Shown one piece after another: positions 29,806-40,481 of a DNA stretch of 64,000 bases. Numbering within the stretch: the stretch's first letter is position 1; each line of letters begins with the position of its first letter. The translations under genes and the position numbers were made by a program. The notes under the pieces are model-generated. The model was given only the letters and a program-made list of their open reading frames with translations. It was not told the DNA's origin and made no database searches. This stretch comes from an uncultured Desulfospira sp. (GTDB lineage Bacteria > Desulfobacterota > Desulfobacteria > Desulfobacterales > Desulfobacteraceae): contig OY760175.1 of the NCBI GenBank assembly GCA_963663165.1, positions 3,168,001 through 3,232,000 on the forward strand, in the 5' to 3' direction.

Positions 29806-30330
29806 CAGGGCAATCGCATGTAAAAAAATTATCCTCGATGATTTTTATTTACATATGCATTCAAGGTCCGCCCCTCTGTGGTGTTTGGCGTAAGCCAAAC
29901 CTCTGTGCCTCTCTGTGGTTTAAAACAAGAAATCCCGAAGGGATTGAATAGTTCTTCTTCAACCTCCCGGTTTGTAAAATTGTGGGCTTCGCCCACCTTT
30001 TTCATTTAACCACAGAGGACCACAGCGCGTCAAATCCGCAACCCCAATATGTGTTCCTTGCTGGTAAATTTAATATGTATAAAATGGGGACTTGGGATAT
30101 GGGATATGGGACTTGGGTAGGCCGTGGATACTGCAATCCCCAAGTCCCATATCCCAAGTCCCAAGTCCATTGTTTTGGAGAGTAACTGTATTATTTCTCC
30201 CAGGATAATCTTAATAAAATTTTAAACTTTTGGAGTTGAGTAGCACAGAGAACCACAGAGTTTCAGCGCTGTGCACTGAAATTGCATTCGGTAGTCTTAA
30301 ACAGTGGGAAAGTTACATGCGATTGCCCTG
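29806..30330. mobile_element. ISAs1-type MITE copy 2 with a nested ~213-bp insert
   Basis: Perfect TIRs CAGGGCAATCGCATGTAA/TTACATGCGATTGCCCTG; perfect 9-bp duplication AGGCCGTCA (29797-29805 and 30331-30339); colinear with 12451-12752 except ~30028-30240. Confidence 0.9.
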
Positions 30331-30348
30331 AGGCCGTCATCCAGACAA

Positions 30349-30377
30349 TTGACAATATCAATGAATAGGCGTATTAA
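30349..30377 (+). promoter_or_regulatory. Sigma70 promoter of the B12-regulated operon
   Basis: TTGACA-N17-TATTAA just upstream of the riboswitch. Confidence 0.6.
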
Positions 30378-30390
30378 TTATAAGATTTTT

Positions 30391-30571
30391 TTGTCCAGGT
30401 GCGTGTAAAAACGCTTGGCCACTCATCTACGGCCAAAGGGAATCCCGTGAAACTCGGGAATGGGCCCGCCGCTGTAACCGGAGACAATTTCGTGCAAAAA
30501 ACACTGGCAGTAACCGCTGGGAAGTGGCATGGAAAAGGATGACCCGGAAGTCAGAAGACCTGCCTGGACAA
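30391..30571 (+). ncRNA. Cobalamin (AdoCbl) riboswitch
   Basis: AGGTGC...AAAGGGAATCCCGTGAAACTCGGGA..GGGCCCGCCGCTGTAAC...CACTGG...CTGGGAAG...AAGTCAGAAGACCTGCC (B12 box); closing stem TTGTCCAGG/CCTGGACAA. Confidence 0.95.
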
Positions 30572-30632
30572 TGTGCCGATATTCCCGTGGACAGGGATGC
30601 ACGACAGATCCAGCTGGATAGTTTGGGACATC

Positions 30633-30666
30633 CCCGGATTGAATTTTTTTCGGTCCGGGTTTTTTT
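30633..30666 (+). terminator. Intrinsic terminator (riboswitch expression platform)
   Basis: CCCGGATTGA...TCGGTCCGGG followed by T7, before the first ATG. Confidence 0.75.
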
Positions 30667-30700
30667 ATTCCCGGCCTTTAACGTTAAGGAGGGAGAATAG

Positions 30701-32671
30701 ATGAAGATGTATGTATGGCTGGCAGGTCTCTTAAGTTTATGCTTTTTTTCGTCAACTGCCATGGCGGTGATAGAATCGGGCAGTGCCGCTTCAGGCCAGG
30801 CGTTAGAAGACATGGTGGTGACCACCAGCCGGGTCGGGGAGATGAAAAAAGAGGTTACCCAAACCGTCAAAACCATTGATAAGTTTGAGATCGAGGCTTC
30901 CGGGGCATCTGACCTGGCAGACCTTCTGGCCGAAGAGGGCATCGGCCATATCCAGAAATACCCTGTGGGAAACACCTCGGTGGGGATCCGCACCTTTCGC
31001 ACCGACCCCATGGGCAATGACCTGGTCGGGCGGGTGTTGATCCTTTTAAACGGCCGGCGGGCCGCCACCGGCAATCTGACCAAATTTTTAACCAAAAACA
31101 TTGAGCGAATTGAAATTATTCGCGGCCCCGGGGCGGTCCAGTACGGCTCTGCCGGTATGGGCGGGGTCATCAATATCATCACAAAGCAGGGCGATGAAGA
31201 CCTTGAGGGTTTCGTGGAGGCCGGATTCGGCAGTTACGGCCTCAATGAACAGAGCGCCGGGGTTTCCGGAAAAACCGGAAAGTTTGACTATGCCCTGGCC
31301 GCTACCCGTCGGGACCAGAATGACTATGAAACCGCCGACGATGGCGATTACGACAATACCTGGATTGAAGACCAGTTAAATTGCAGCATCAATATGGGGT
31401 ATGAGTTTTTGCCAAACAACCGGATCGGCGTGATCTGGAATTACTATGACGTCAAAACAGGAGACTGGAGTTCCTGGGACTACAACACCCCCAATATAAA
31501 TTATGTAAAAAAAGACAATACCTCCTTTGACATCATTTATGACGGTGCTGTTGCCTCAAAAACCTATACCTGGCAGATACGCTATTTTACCACCGAGGAT
31601 AACAATAACTACTATTATCCGGACGGCTCTTCTACGGATTCTTTGGGCAAATCCGAACAGAACGGCGCCCAGGCACAGGTTACCGGAGACTGGAATATGG
31701 CACAGCTGACGGTTGGTACGGACTGGGTCAAATATAAAATTGACAACAACGGGGCTATTGGCAAATACGATAACCTGGCCTTTTTTGCCTTAAGCAAATT
31801 CAGACTGCTGGATGAGCGGTTGATCCTTTCGGCCGGGGCCAGAATGGATAGCTATGAGATCAAAGGGGGCGGAAATAAAGATGACCAGGATGATGTCACC
31901 TTTAATCTCGGGGCCGCATACCTGATCACCGATCATTTGAAATTCAGGGTCAATTACGGCCAGGCCTTTGTCATGCCCACAGCCGAATCCATGCTCATGG
32001 ATATGTCCTACCCTAACTACGGGTTACTCTATGAAGCTAACCCGGATCTGGACCCGGAAACAAGCAAAACCTACGAAGCCGGTGTTGAATATGAGACATC
32101 CTTTATCCGTGCCGGCCTTACCGCATTTTATACCGATTATAAGGACAAAATAGAGACGCTATATGTGGGTTATGCTGCAGGAAGAACCACCTATACCTAT
32201 TACAATGTGGATGAAGCCACCATCTCCGGTGTAGAAGGAGAGCTATCCGTTGATCTGGGCGGGCTGCTGAACTGGGGAATGGAAGTCCGGCCTTTTGTCA
32301 ATTTTGTCTATCTGGACCAGTATGAAGACGGCGAAACCGGAGACGATCTGCTCTTTGTCTCTGACAGGACCCTTTCGGCAGGCATCCGGGCATCAAGCCC
32401 GGATCATTTTAATGTCAGTTTAACCGTGGCCTATACCGGTGATCAGGATATCAATGTATATGATGCATATTTTAACAAAGTACGGGCTACCAAGGGCGAT
32501 TTCACGGTAACCAACCTGGCCGGGAATTACAAAGTCTTTCAGCAGTCCAATGGGAACGCGGTCTGGCTCCACGGAGAAGTCAACAACCTGTTTGACAAGG
32601 ATTACGAATATGTGAACGGGTATCCCATGCCCGGCCGAAATTTTTTTGCATCGGTAAAATATACGTTTTAG
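30701..32671 (+). CDS. TonB-dependent receptor (BtuB-like)
   Basis: Signal peptide, TonB box EDMVVTTSR, IERIEIIRGPGAVQYG..GMGGVINIITK, C-terminal NNLFDKDY..PGRNFFASVKYTF; first gene under the B12 riboswitch. Confidence 0.93.
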   Translation: MKMYVWLAGLLSLCFFSSTAMAVIESGSAASGQALEDMVVTTSRVGEMKKEVTQTVKTIDKFEIEASGASDLADLLAEEGIGHIQKYPVGNTSVGIRTFRTDPMGNDLVGRVLILLNGRRAATGNLTKFLTKNIERIEIIRGPGAVQYGSAGMGGVINIITKQGDEDLEGFVEAGFGSYGLNEQSAGVSGKTGKFDYALAATRRDQNDYETADDGDYDNTWIEDQLNCSINMGYEFLPNNRIGVIWNYYDVKTGDWSSWDYNTPNINYVKKDNTSFDIIYDGAVASKTYTWQIRYFTTEDNNNYYYPDGSSTDSLGKSEQNGAQAQVTGDWNMAQLTVGTDWVKYKIDNNGAIGKYDNLAFFALSKFRLLDERLILSAGARMDSYEIKGGGNKDDQDDVTFNLGAAYLITDHLKFRVNYGQAFVMPTAESMLMDMSYPNYGLLYEANPDLDPETSKTYEAGVEYETSFIRAGLTAFYTDYKDKIETLYVGYAAGRTTYTYYNVDEATISGVEGELSVDLGGLLNWGMEVRPFVNFVYLDQYEDGETGDDLLFVSDRTLSAGIRASSPDHFNVSLTVAYTGDQDINVYDAYFNKVRATKGDFTVTNLAGNYKVFQQSNGNAVWLHGEVNNLFDKDYEYVNGYPMPGRNFFASVKYTF

Positions 32672-32728
32672 ATAAAGGGACACCGGGAAAACAGCAGACC
32701 GGGGACCGGATGCGCAGGCCTTAAGGAG

Positions 32729-34630
32729 ATGACCATGAACAAAAAGACGGCGGTGGGGCAGTGGCTGGCCATTGGATTGATTATTGCGGCTGCGGTCCTT
32801 TGGGCCTCTGTTTTGCCGATAACAGCCCATGAACACAAGCCGTTGTCTGAAGCAAAGGCCCAGGATATGGGCGAAATGGTCGTTATGGGTGACAAGGCGG
32901 CAGATTTTGCCCGGCAGAACCCCGCCCAGGTGGTTACCATGGATGCGGCTCAGATTGAGCAGCGCAATTTCCTGCAGGTCCAGGAAGCCTTAAGTGCCAT
33001 GCCCGGTGTGGATGTCAAGGAGAGTTCCGGTGGTATGGGGGCCAGAATCGCCATTCGCGGCGGGGGCGGTTCCGGATCGGTCCTGGTCCTTATTGACGGA
33101 CGCCCGGCCGCCGCCATGCAGTACGGCGGTGTTGACTTAAGCGGCATTCCTATTGATCTGGTCAAACGAATTATCGTGTTCAAACCGCCGGTGCCGGTCT
33201 GGCTTGGAGCGGACAGTGCCGCCGGTGCCATCTATATTGAAACCAAACAAAAAAAGACCGCCGTTACGGCCGGGAAAAAAGGCAAAATCAGGGCCACGGG
33301 CGGCTCTTACGGCCTGGCCGCGCTGACGGCCACAGCCCAGATCGACAAGGATGAGCGCCAGTATGTGGTTTCCGGCGGGGCTTCCCACAAGGATGGAAAG
33401 CGGCCCAACAGCCAGAAGGACCAAGGCCACCTGAATCTTGGCTATGACTGGAAAAAAGAGGGGCGGCAGGTGCAGGTGAATGCCAAGGCCTATGTTTCGG
33501 ATCATGGTGTGGCAGGCCCCACCTATAACCCGACCCCGGATGCGGCCCAGCGGTATGAAAAGGCAAGTTTTGATGTAAAGTACAAAGGATTTACAGACCG
33601 TTCCGATTACACCCTAAAGGCCTGGACCGATGCTAAAACCCTGGATGAAACCGCCCAGAACGGGGATAAATCAACCCTGGATACCTTAACCGGGGGGCTT
33701 GCATCGGATTTTTTCTTTGCCCCGGGGGATGAGGATGATGAACTCAAGCTCGGGTTCCAGTTTGAGCACAACCGGGTGGACCATACCCTGACCGGAAAGC
33801 ACAACCGGTCCCGGTTCGGGGGCCACACGGAATACCATATCCGGACAGACCCCTTTGTCTATACCCTGGGTGCCAGGGCCGATTACACCAATGATTTTTA
33901 TCTTTGCCCCGGTGCCCATGCCGGCATGGTTTACACCCTGTCCGATCAGACGCAGATTCGCCTTAATGCCGGTTACAGCGAACATGTCCCCACTTTCAGC
34001 CAGCTCTACCAGCCCAGCCACGGCTCCATTGACCAGGTGCGGGGCAACCCGGATCTGGACAAAGAAAAAATGGTCAGCTTAAGTCTAGGCCTTGACCGGC
34101 AGATAAGGCAAAACCAGAAACTGGGGGTCTCATTATTTCGAACCGACTCCCGGGACCTGATCAAATACCAGCGCAACGGCCAGGATATCAGCATCCCGGA
34201 AAATATTGACCAGGCCTACAAGCAGGGGATTGAAATCAGTTATAAGTTCTCTTTTTCCAAGGACACCGATCTTGAGATCAACTACATCCTCCAGGATACA
34301 AAAAACAGGGACAATGACTGCGATTTAAGTTATGCCCCGACCCATTCGGGCAAACTTATCTTTAAAACCCAATTGAATGCCAAAACCCGTTTTGAATGGA
34401 TTACAAGGGGATATTCCACACAATACTCCGACAATGAGAATACTGAAGAAGAGCGTCTTGATGCCTATTTAACAACGGACCTGAAGCTGAGCCGGCCCAT
34501 GACAATCCTTAAGAAAAAAGGCCTGGTCTTTGTCAATGTCAGCAACCTTTTTGACAGGGATTATGAGGGCCATTACGGCTATCCCGATGACGGGATCCGG
34601 TTTGAGGCCGGCATGAGCATTAATTTTTAG
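32729..34630 (+). CDS. Second TonB-dependent receptor
   Basis: EMVVMG, VLVLIDGRP, GNPDLDKE, NLFDRDY, terminal Phe. Confidence 0.9.
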   Translation: MTMNKKTAVGQWLAIGLIIAAAVLWASVLPITAHEHKPLSEAKAQDMGEMVVMGDKAADFARQNPAQVVTMDAAQIEQRNFLQVQEALSAMPGVDVKESSGGMGARIAIRGGGGSGSVLVLIDGRPAAAMQYGGVDLSGIPIDLVKRIIVFKPPVPVWLGADSAAGAIYIETKQKKTAVTAGKKGKIRATGGSYGLAALTATAQIDKDERQYVVSGGASHKDGKRPNSQKDQGHLNLGYDWKKEGRQVQVNAKAYVSDHGVAGPTYNPTPDAAQRYEKASFDVKYKGFTDRSDYTLKAWTDAKTLDETAQNGDKSTLDTLTGGLASDFFFAPGDEDDELKLGFQFEHNRVDHTLTGKHNRSRFGGHTEYHIRTDPFVYTLGARADYTNDFYLCPGAHAGMVYTLSDQTQIRLNAGYSEHVPTFSQLYQPSHGSIDQVRGNPDLDKEKMVSLSLGLDRQIRQNQKLGVSLFRTDSRDLIKYQRNGQDISIPENIDQAYKQGIEISYKFSFSKDTDLEINYILQDTKNRDNDCDLSYAPTHSGKLIFKTQLNAKTRFEWITRGYSTQYSDNENTEEERLDAYLTTDLKLSRPMTILKKKGLVFVNVSNLFDRDYEGHYGYPDDGIRFEAGMSINF

Positions 34631-34738
34631 GTATTTAGACTGAAGGGGGGTAGGCTGAAGGGCTGCGAGTCACTTTGTTATGCACAAACTTCAGTCTATT
34701 CTCCTTCAGTCTTCAGCCTGTTTTAGGCGGGATTTCCA

Positions 34739-35491
34739 ATGGAACTTAAAACCCTGATACTGGGATTGTTTGTCTCGTTTGCCGCCTTTGCCCTCAAGGC
34801 CGGGGGCGGGCTCTCCTATGTGTTTGCCACCCGGCCTTCAGCAAGGCACCGGGCCGCGGCTGCCGCCGGTTTTGCAGCCGTCTACGCCCTGGTCTTTTCA
34901 TTGGCGGGGCTTATCCTGTCCAGGGTAGACCTGACCGGGCACATGGACCATCTCCAGGCCTTTTTCAAAAGCGGGATGTTTCTTCACTTTCTGCTGGCGA
35001 TGCTGATGGCCCTGTGGGGAAGACACCTGATATCCGAACACAAAACCGCCAAAGGATCGGGAAAAGGCACCACCAGAGGGTGGATTCCCCTGGTGGTGCC
35101 CTGCCCGGTATGTTTTACGGTGATCCTCCTGTCCATTGGCTTTTTGCGCGTTCTCTATCCCGGGCACCCGGAACTGTTGTGGGCCTTGTACCTGTTTTTT
35201 GTTCTGGTCAGCCTTGCCGTGGCCTTTCCCTTGTCCGTTGCCATGGGCAGGCGTTCCCCCGAGCCTTTTCTGGGCGGCCTCATGCTTTATCTGTCCGCCT
35301 ATTTCCTGCTCACGGTGTTTATGGTGCCGGCCTTTTCCGATCTGGACAAAATTTACACAATCGCATCGCCGGATACCCCGTTTACCCCTTCTGTGCCCGG
35401 CCTGCTTTTGGGTTCAGGCGCCATTGCTGCCGTGGCCATAGGATTTTTCCGTCCGTTAAGACATACCCCAAAGGAAAACAAAACCCCATGA
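34739..35491 (+). CDS. DUF2162-like membrane protein
   Basis: FALKAGGGL and PCPVC motifs, multi-TM, cobN-type context. Confidence 0.75.
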   Translation: MELKTLILGLFVSFAAFALKAGGGLSYVFATRPSARHRAAAAAGFAAVYALVFSLAGLILSRVDLTGHMDHLQAFFKSGMFLHFLLAMLMALWGRHLISEHKTAKGSGKGTTRGWIPLVVPCPVCFTVILLSIGFLRVLYPGHPELLWALYLFFVLVSLAVAFPLSVAMGRRSPEPFLGGLMLYLSAYFLLTVFMVPAFSDLDKIYTIASPDTPFTPSVPGLLLGSGAIAAVAIGFFRPLRHTPKENKTP

Positions 35492-36099
35492 CCGCTTTAT
35501 TAAAAACCCTGATTTACATGATCTCCTCATCCCTGTTTTTACCGGTGCTGCTGCTGCTTTCATGCCTCTCTTTGTGGATGCTGGTTTATCTTGGCCGGTT
35601 TTTACGCTCCGGCCTTGAAAGACGACAGATCCGGGCCGGGCAGGCCCAAACGGCTGTCCCGCTGCCGGACCAGGTCCTGGCCCGGCAGTTTGACGGCCTG
35701 TTTCCTGCCCGTGTGGCAAAGGCCGTCCACGCACTTGAGGCCCTGGACAGCCGGCACCACCATGTGCGCATTGTCAGCCTGCTCCAGGAAGAGGAGCATC
35801 AGATGTGGAAATCCTTGGACCCCCTTAAGATGATCATCCGGGTCGGGCCCGGCCTAGGCCTGATCGGCACCCTGATCCCCATGGGCACAGGCCTTGCCTC
35901 CCTGGGCCAGGGAGATTTAAACCAGCTGTCCCAGGATCTGGTGGTGGCCTTTACCACCACGGTGGTGGGCATGGCCTTAGGGTTGATCGCCTACTGTCTT
36001 TTTACGGTGCAGCGACGGTGGGTGGAGACCGATGTCAAATCCCTGGAACTTTGTGCAGAACTGCTCACCCAAAAGGCAGGGGACCATGAGATATCTTAA
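35488..36099 (+). CDS. MotA/TolQ/ExbB proton channel family protein
   Basis: RVGPGLGLIGTLIPMG..L..GD...LVVAFTTTVVG; ATGA overlap with the upstream gene (ORF-track start 35014 is too long). Confidence 0.9.
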   Translation: MTALLKTLIYMISSSLFLPVLLLLSCLSLWMLVYLGRFLRSGLERRQIRAGQAQTAVPLPDQVLARQFDGLFPARVAKAVHALEALDSRHHHVRIVSLLQEEEHQMWKSLDPLKMIIRVGPGLGLIGTLIPMGTGLASLGQGDLNQLSQDLVVAFTTTVVGMALGLIAYCLFTVQRRWVETDVKSLELCAELLTQKAGDHEIS

Positions 36100-36421
36100 A
36101 ACGGGCCAGAACCGGGGAACCGGTTTCTCGGACAATGATCCCATGGCCGGGGTGGCCAATCTTTTTGACCTTGGCCTTGTCTTTATTGTGGGGCTGCTCA
36201 TTGCTATTTTCGGGGCCTTTCATTTGGAGGACCTCCTGACACAGGACAGTTCCCTGACCCTCATGAAAAAATCAGACAGCGGGGAAATCGAGATTATTGA
36301 AAAAAAAGGCCAGAAAATCTCTGCCATGAAGGTGACCAAATCCAAGGCCAAAGGCAAAGGCCAGCGCCTGGGCACCGCCTATAAGCTGGAAGACGGGTCC
36401 ATGATTTACATCCCGGACTGA
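36086..36421 (+). CDS. DUF2149 family protein
   Basis: DPMAGVANLFD ... GQRLGTAYKLEDGSMIYIPD. Confidence 0.85.
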   Translation: MRYLKTGQNRGTGFSDNDPMAGVANLFDLGLVFIVGLLIAIFGAFHLEDLLTQDSSLTLMKKSDSGEIEIIEKKGQKISAMKVTKSKAKGKGQRLGTAYKLEDGSMIYIPD

Positions 36422-36469
36422 TCAAGAAACAAGAAACAGGATACAAGAAACAAGAGGGCGGAAATCACG

Positions 36470-39400
36470 TTGCCTGATAAGACGGTGGGTATAAGCAAAC
36501 AACCAGCATGGCTTTGCCTGTTGACATGGGTGGGCCTGATAGTGCTTTGGGGTATGGGGCCAAAGATTTTGGCCGCAAAGCCGGTGGATATTGTGTTTAT
36601 GGTGCTGGACCATAACTCCTATATGGCCGATCTTGCCGTAAAAGAACTGCCCGCAGCCCTTAATGTGGAAGTCATCTCGGTGGGCCAGACCCAGGAGCAG
36701 CCTCAACGGGCAAAAGAGCTGATTGGCCGGGCCCGGGTGATTGTGGCCGATGTCATGGGAAAGGAGGTGATCACCTTCCTGGCCGCCTGCAAAGGCCTTA
36801 ACGGCGAAAAACCGGTCTATGCCCTGCGCGGCTCCCTGGATGATGCCGCCTTAAAACGGGAGGGGTACCGGTTTGACGAGACCGTGGCCGGGTATTACCG
36901 CCACGTCTGTGTAAAGAATATTCAAAACATGCTCTGTCTTGTGGCCCACCGCCATATTGATGCCGGCATTGCCTATGATCCGGTTCAGGAACTGCCTGTC
37001 ATGGGGATGTACCACCCCAATGCCGAAGCGCCTTTTTCACAGGTTAAAGACTACCTGGCCTGGCAGGCGGAGCGGCCCGGGTTTGACCCCGAAAAAACAC
37101 CCATCGGCCTTCTCTTCTATGGATCCTACCTCACCCCGGGGCAAAAAGAGTGCCTGGACCAGATTATCCTTGGATTTGAGGCGGCCGGATTTAATGTGCT
37201 GCCCTGTTTCGGCAAAGAGGAAACCGTGATCCCGGCCTATTTCCTTAACGAAAAAAAACAGGCCCGCATCCACATGCTGGTCTCCTTTTCCCTTAAGTTC
37301 AACAACGCGTTAACGCCCCATCTTTCAATGCAGGTGTCAGCCCTGGATGTGCCCATATTCAATGCGGTAAACCTCTATTCCAACACCCTGGACCAATGGG
37401 AAAAAAGCCCGGAAGGCATTGACAGCCTCCAGGTGGCCTGGACCATGGCCGTGCCTGAAATTTCCGGGCTGGTGGAACCCACCGTGCTGAGCGGCAAACA
37501 AAAAGTCACCAATGAAGAGACGGGGAAATCCTATTATTTAAGCACGGTTTCCCGGGACAACCTGGACCATCTGATCAAAAGAATCAAGGGGTGGAAAAGA
37601 CTTCAGGCCGCCTCAAATAAAGAAAAAAAGATCGCGGTCATGTTTTACAACCACCACCAGGGAAAGCAGAACATCGGGGCCTCCTATCTGAACGTGTTCA
37701 AAAGCATTGCCCAAATTCAAAAGGCCCTGGCCCAAGAGGGGTACCGGACCGGAGAATCCCTGTCCCCGGATGAGATCAGGGAACTTTTGCTCACCTGTGC
37801 CCGGAATGTGGGGTCCTGGGCACCGGGAGAACTGTCCCGGCTGACCGGCTCAGGCAAGGTGATCCGGGTGCCGGTAGGGGAATACAAGGCCTGGTTTGAT
37901 GCCCTGCCCAAGGATTTCAAGGCAAACGTGATCAAACAGTGGGGCCCTGTGGAAGCCGCGGATATCATGGTTCAGGACAATGCCTTTATCATTCCCGGCG
38001 CCCGGACCGGCAACCTGATCCTTTTACCGGAACCGGCCAGGGGATGGGGGGATGATCCCATGAAGCTTTACCATGATCCCACCTTATACCCCCACCACCA
38101 GTACCTGGCCGTCTATCTGTGGCTTCAAAAAAATTTCAAGGCCCATGCCGTGATCCACTTAGGCACCCATGCCACCTATGAGTGGACCCCGGGCAAACAG
38201 GCCGGGCTGTCAACTTCCTGCTCCCCTGAGGTGCTTGGCACGGATATCCCCAACCTCTACCCTTACATCGTGGATGACGTGGGCGAAGGCATCCAGGCCA
38301 AACGGCGGGGCCGGGGCGTCATGATCTCCCATCTGACCCCGGTGCTGAAAGCAGCGGATATCCATGAAGAGTACGCCAGGATGGCCGATCTGGCAGGCCA
38401 GATTGAACGGTCTGAGAGCATTGGCAGCCAGACAACAGCAGAGAAGAAAGCCGAACTCTTTGCCCTGGCCCAAAAAACCGGTATTTTCAAGGATCTTCCC
38501 CACCCGCCGGAAACCGATGATGAAAAGGTTCACGCCCTGGGCCATTATTTAGAAGAGATCAAGGAGAGCCTGGTGCCCTTTGGCATGCATACCTTCGGAG
38601 TTTCTCCCGCCCCGGAAGCGGTGAGGGAAATGGTTGACGCCATAGGGCAGTGGCACTCAGAAGACACAGGGGAAAAGGGTAAAAAAGCCTTTAAAACCGC
38701 CATCACCGCAAGCGGGCCGTTAGAGATGGCATCCCTGATCCGGGGCCTGGAAGGACGGTATGTGCCCCCCGGTGAAGGCAATGACCCGGTGCGGAACCCG
38801 GCAGCCCTGCCCACGGGAAGAAATTTCTACGGGTTTAACCCGGGCAAAATGCCAAGCCCGGCAGCCTGGGCCCTGGGCCAAAAAGCCGGGGACGATATCA
38901 TTGCCAACCACTTGAAAAATCACGGCACCTTCCCCCAAAAGGTGGCCGTGGTCCTCTGGGCCGTTGAGTCCCTGCGCAACGAGGGCATGAACGAGTGTAC
39001 CATCCTTTACCTGATCGGGGTAAAGCCGAAATGGAACAAGGCCGGGCGGGTTCTGGGCCTTGAGCTGATCAAAGGGGCAGAACTCAAGCGCCCCCGGATT
39101 GATGTAATGATCAACGCCTCAGGCCTTTACCGGGACCTTTTTCCGGACAAAATGCTCTTCCTGGATGAAGCCGTGCGCATGGCCGCCCGGCAGACCGATG
39201 TGGAAAATCTCATTGCCCGGCACAACCGGGAAATTAAAACCCGGCTTATTCAAGAGGGCATGGACCCGGACCAGGCCGAGGACCTGTCACGGTTCCGGGT
39301 GTTCAGCGAGCCGCCCGGGGCATACGGCAACGGGGTCAGTGAAATGGCCTCGGGCTCTTCTCTCTGGGATGATCCCGACCGGGTGGCCCAGGTGTGGGAA

Positions 39401-40453
39401 AACCGGACAGGGTACGCATTCGGAAAAACCGGCACCGGCAAAACCTGGGGCATGCCGGCCCATAAGGCCCTCAAGGCCCAGCTCTCCCAGGTGGATGCGG
39501 CGGTTCATTCCAAATCCTCCAACGTTTACGGTCTCATGGACAACGACGACATGTTCCAGTACCTGGGCGGCCTTGCCATGGCCGTCAAAAAGGAGGCCGG
39601 GAAATCCCCGGAAACCCTGATCACCAAACAAACCGGCGGCAGTGCGGTCCGGGTGGAGGACCTGGGCAAAAGCATTGGCATGGAGCTGCGGGCAAGGTAT
39701 CTCAACCCCAAGTGGATAAACGGCATGAAAGCCGAAGGATATGCCGGGGCCAAAGCCATGGCCGATTTTGTGGAGTACCTCTGGGGATGGCACCTGACCA
39801 CCCCGGAAAAGGTGGATGAATCCAAATGGAATGAAGTCTACGATGTCTACGTGGAAGACAAATACGGCCTTGACATGGATCAGTTCTTTGCCAAGGCTTC
39901 ACCCTGGGCCTTTCAGTCCATTACGGCCAGGATGCTGGAGACCCATCGAAAGGGATACTGGAAAGCCAATGAAAAACAGCTGGAGACCCTGGCGGCCGAT
40001 TATGCCAAAAGTATTGTGGCCAAAGGTATTGCCTGCTGCGAGCATACCTGCAATAATCCTATGCTCAACCAGATGGTGGTCTCCATTGTCTCCATCCCGG
40101 GGGTCCTGAGCCCGGAAATTGCCGAAGCCTTTAAAATGGCGGTGGAAAAGATGGCGGGAAAATCCCTGGAAGACCAGGTCAAGGCCCGGCAGGAGCTGCT
40201 GGAAACCTTAACCGCCCCGGGGTCCCGGACAGACATGGGACAGCCGTCCAAATCAGACGGCCCCGGGGCCGGCGCGGAAGATATGGTGGAAGGCTTTAAA
40301 ATGGAAGAGATCAAACGGATGAAAGACAAAACCACTGAACTGAGCACATCGGGCATGGAGTGGGTGGGGCTGTTGGCCGTGCTGGCCGTACTGGCCCTGG
40401 TGTCGGCGGGCTTTTTTTCAAATTCCAAACGCCGCCGCCCGACCCTCATTTAG
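36470..40453 (+). CDS. cobN: CobN/ChlH-family chelatase-like protein with N-terminal signal/anchor and C-terminal TM (BtuS/HmuS-type)
   Basis: PHHQYLAVY, HLGTHATYEWTPGK, YIVDDVGEGIQAKRRG, LPTGRNFY, RPRIDV, SGLYRD, LNPKWINGM, CCEHTC; hydrophobic termini. Confidence 0.9.
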   Translation: MPDKTVGISKQPAWLCLLTWVGLIVLWGMGPKILAAKPVDIVFMVLDHNSYMADLAVKELPAALNVEVISVGQTQEQPQRAKELIGRARVIVADVMGKEVITFLAACKGLNGEKPVYALRGSLDDAALKREGYRFDETVAGYYRHVCVKNIQNMLCLVAHRHIDAGIAYDPVQELPVMGMYHPNAEAPFSQVKDYLAWQAERPGFDPEKTPIGLLFYGSYLTPGQKECLDQIILGFEAAGFNVLPCFGKEETVIPAYFLNEKKQARIHMLVSFSLKFNNALTPHLSMQVSALDVPIFNAVNLYSNTLDQWEKSPEGIDSLQVAWTMAVPEISGLVEPTVLSGKQKVTNEETGKSYYLSTVSRDNLDHLIKRIKGWKRLQAASNKEKKIAVMFYNHHQGKQNIGASYLNVFKSIAQIQKALAQEGYRTGESLSPDEIRELLLTCARNVGSWAPGELSRLTGSGKVIRVPVGEYKAWFDALPKDFKANVIKQWGPVEAADIMVQDNAFIIPGARTGNLILLPEPARGWGDDPMKLYHDPTLYPHHQYLAVYLWLQKNFKAHAVIHLGTHATYEWTPGKQAGLSTSCSPEVLGTDIPNLYPYIVDDVGEGIQAKRRGRGVMISHLTPVLKAADIHEEYARMADLAGQIERSESIGSQTTAEKKAELFALAQKTGIFKDLPHPPETDDEKVHALGHYLEEIKESLVPFGMHTFGVSPAPEAVREMVDAIGQWHSEDTGEKGKKAFKTAITASGPLEMASLIRGLEGRYVPPGEGNDPVRNPAALPTGRNFYGFNPGKMPSPAAWALGQKAGDDIIANHLKNHGTFPQKVAVVLWAVESLRNEGMNECTILYLIGVKPKWNKAGRVLGLELIKGAELKRPRIDVMINASGLYRDLFPDKMLFLDEAVRMAARQTDVENLIARHNREIKTRLIQEGMDPDQAEDLSRFRVFSEPPGAYGNGVSEMASGSSLWDDPDRVAQVWENRTGYAFGKTGTGKTWGMPAHKALKAQLSQVDAAVHSKSSNVYGLMDNDDMFQYLGGLAMAVKKEAGKSPETLITKQTGGSAVRVEDLGKSIGMELRARYLNPKWINGMKAEGYAGAKAMADFVEYLWGWHLTTPEKVDESKWNEVYDVYVEDKYGLDMDQFFAKASPWAFQSITARMLETHRKGYWKANEKQLETLAADYAKSIVAKGIACCEHTCNNPMLNQMVVSIVSIPGVLSPEIAEAFKMAVEKMAGKSLEDQVKARQELLETLTAPGSRTDMGQPSKSDGPGAGAEDMVEGFKMEEIKRMKDKTTELSTSGMEWVGLLAVLAVLALVSAGFFSNSKRRRPTLI

Positions 40454-40481
40454 GCATTTAGATTCAACGGATAAGTCCGAC

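Noticed and set aside
28088..30168. CRISPR-like array
   Set aside because: These are 7-bp tandem units in inverted arms with no unique spacers, and there are no cas genes
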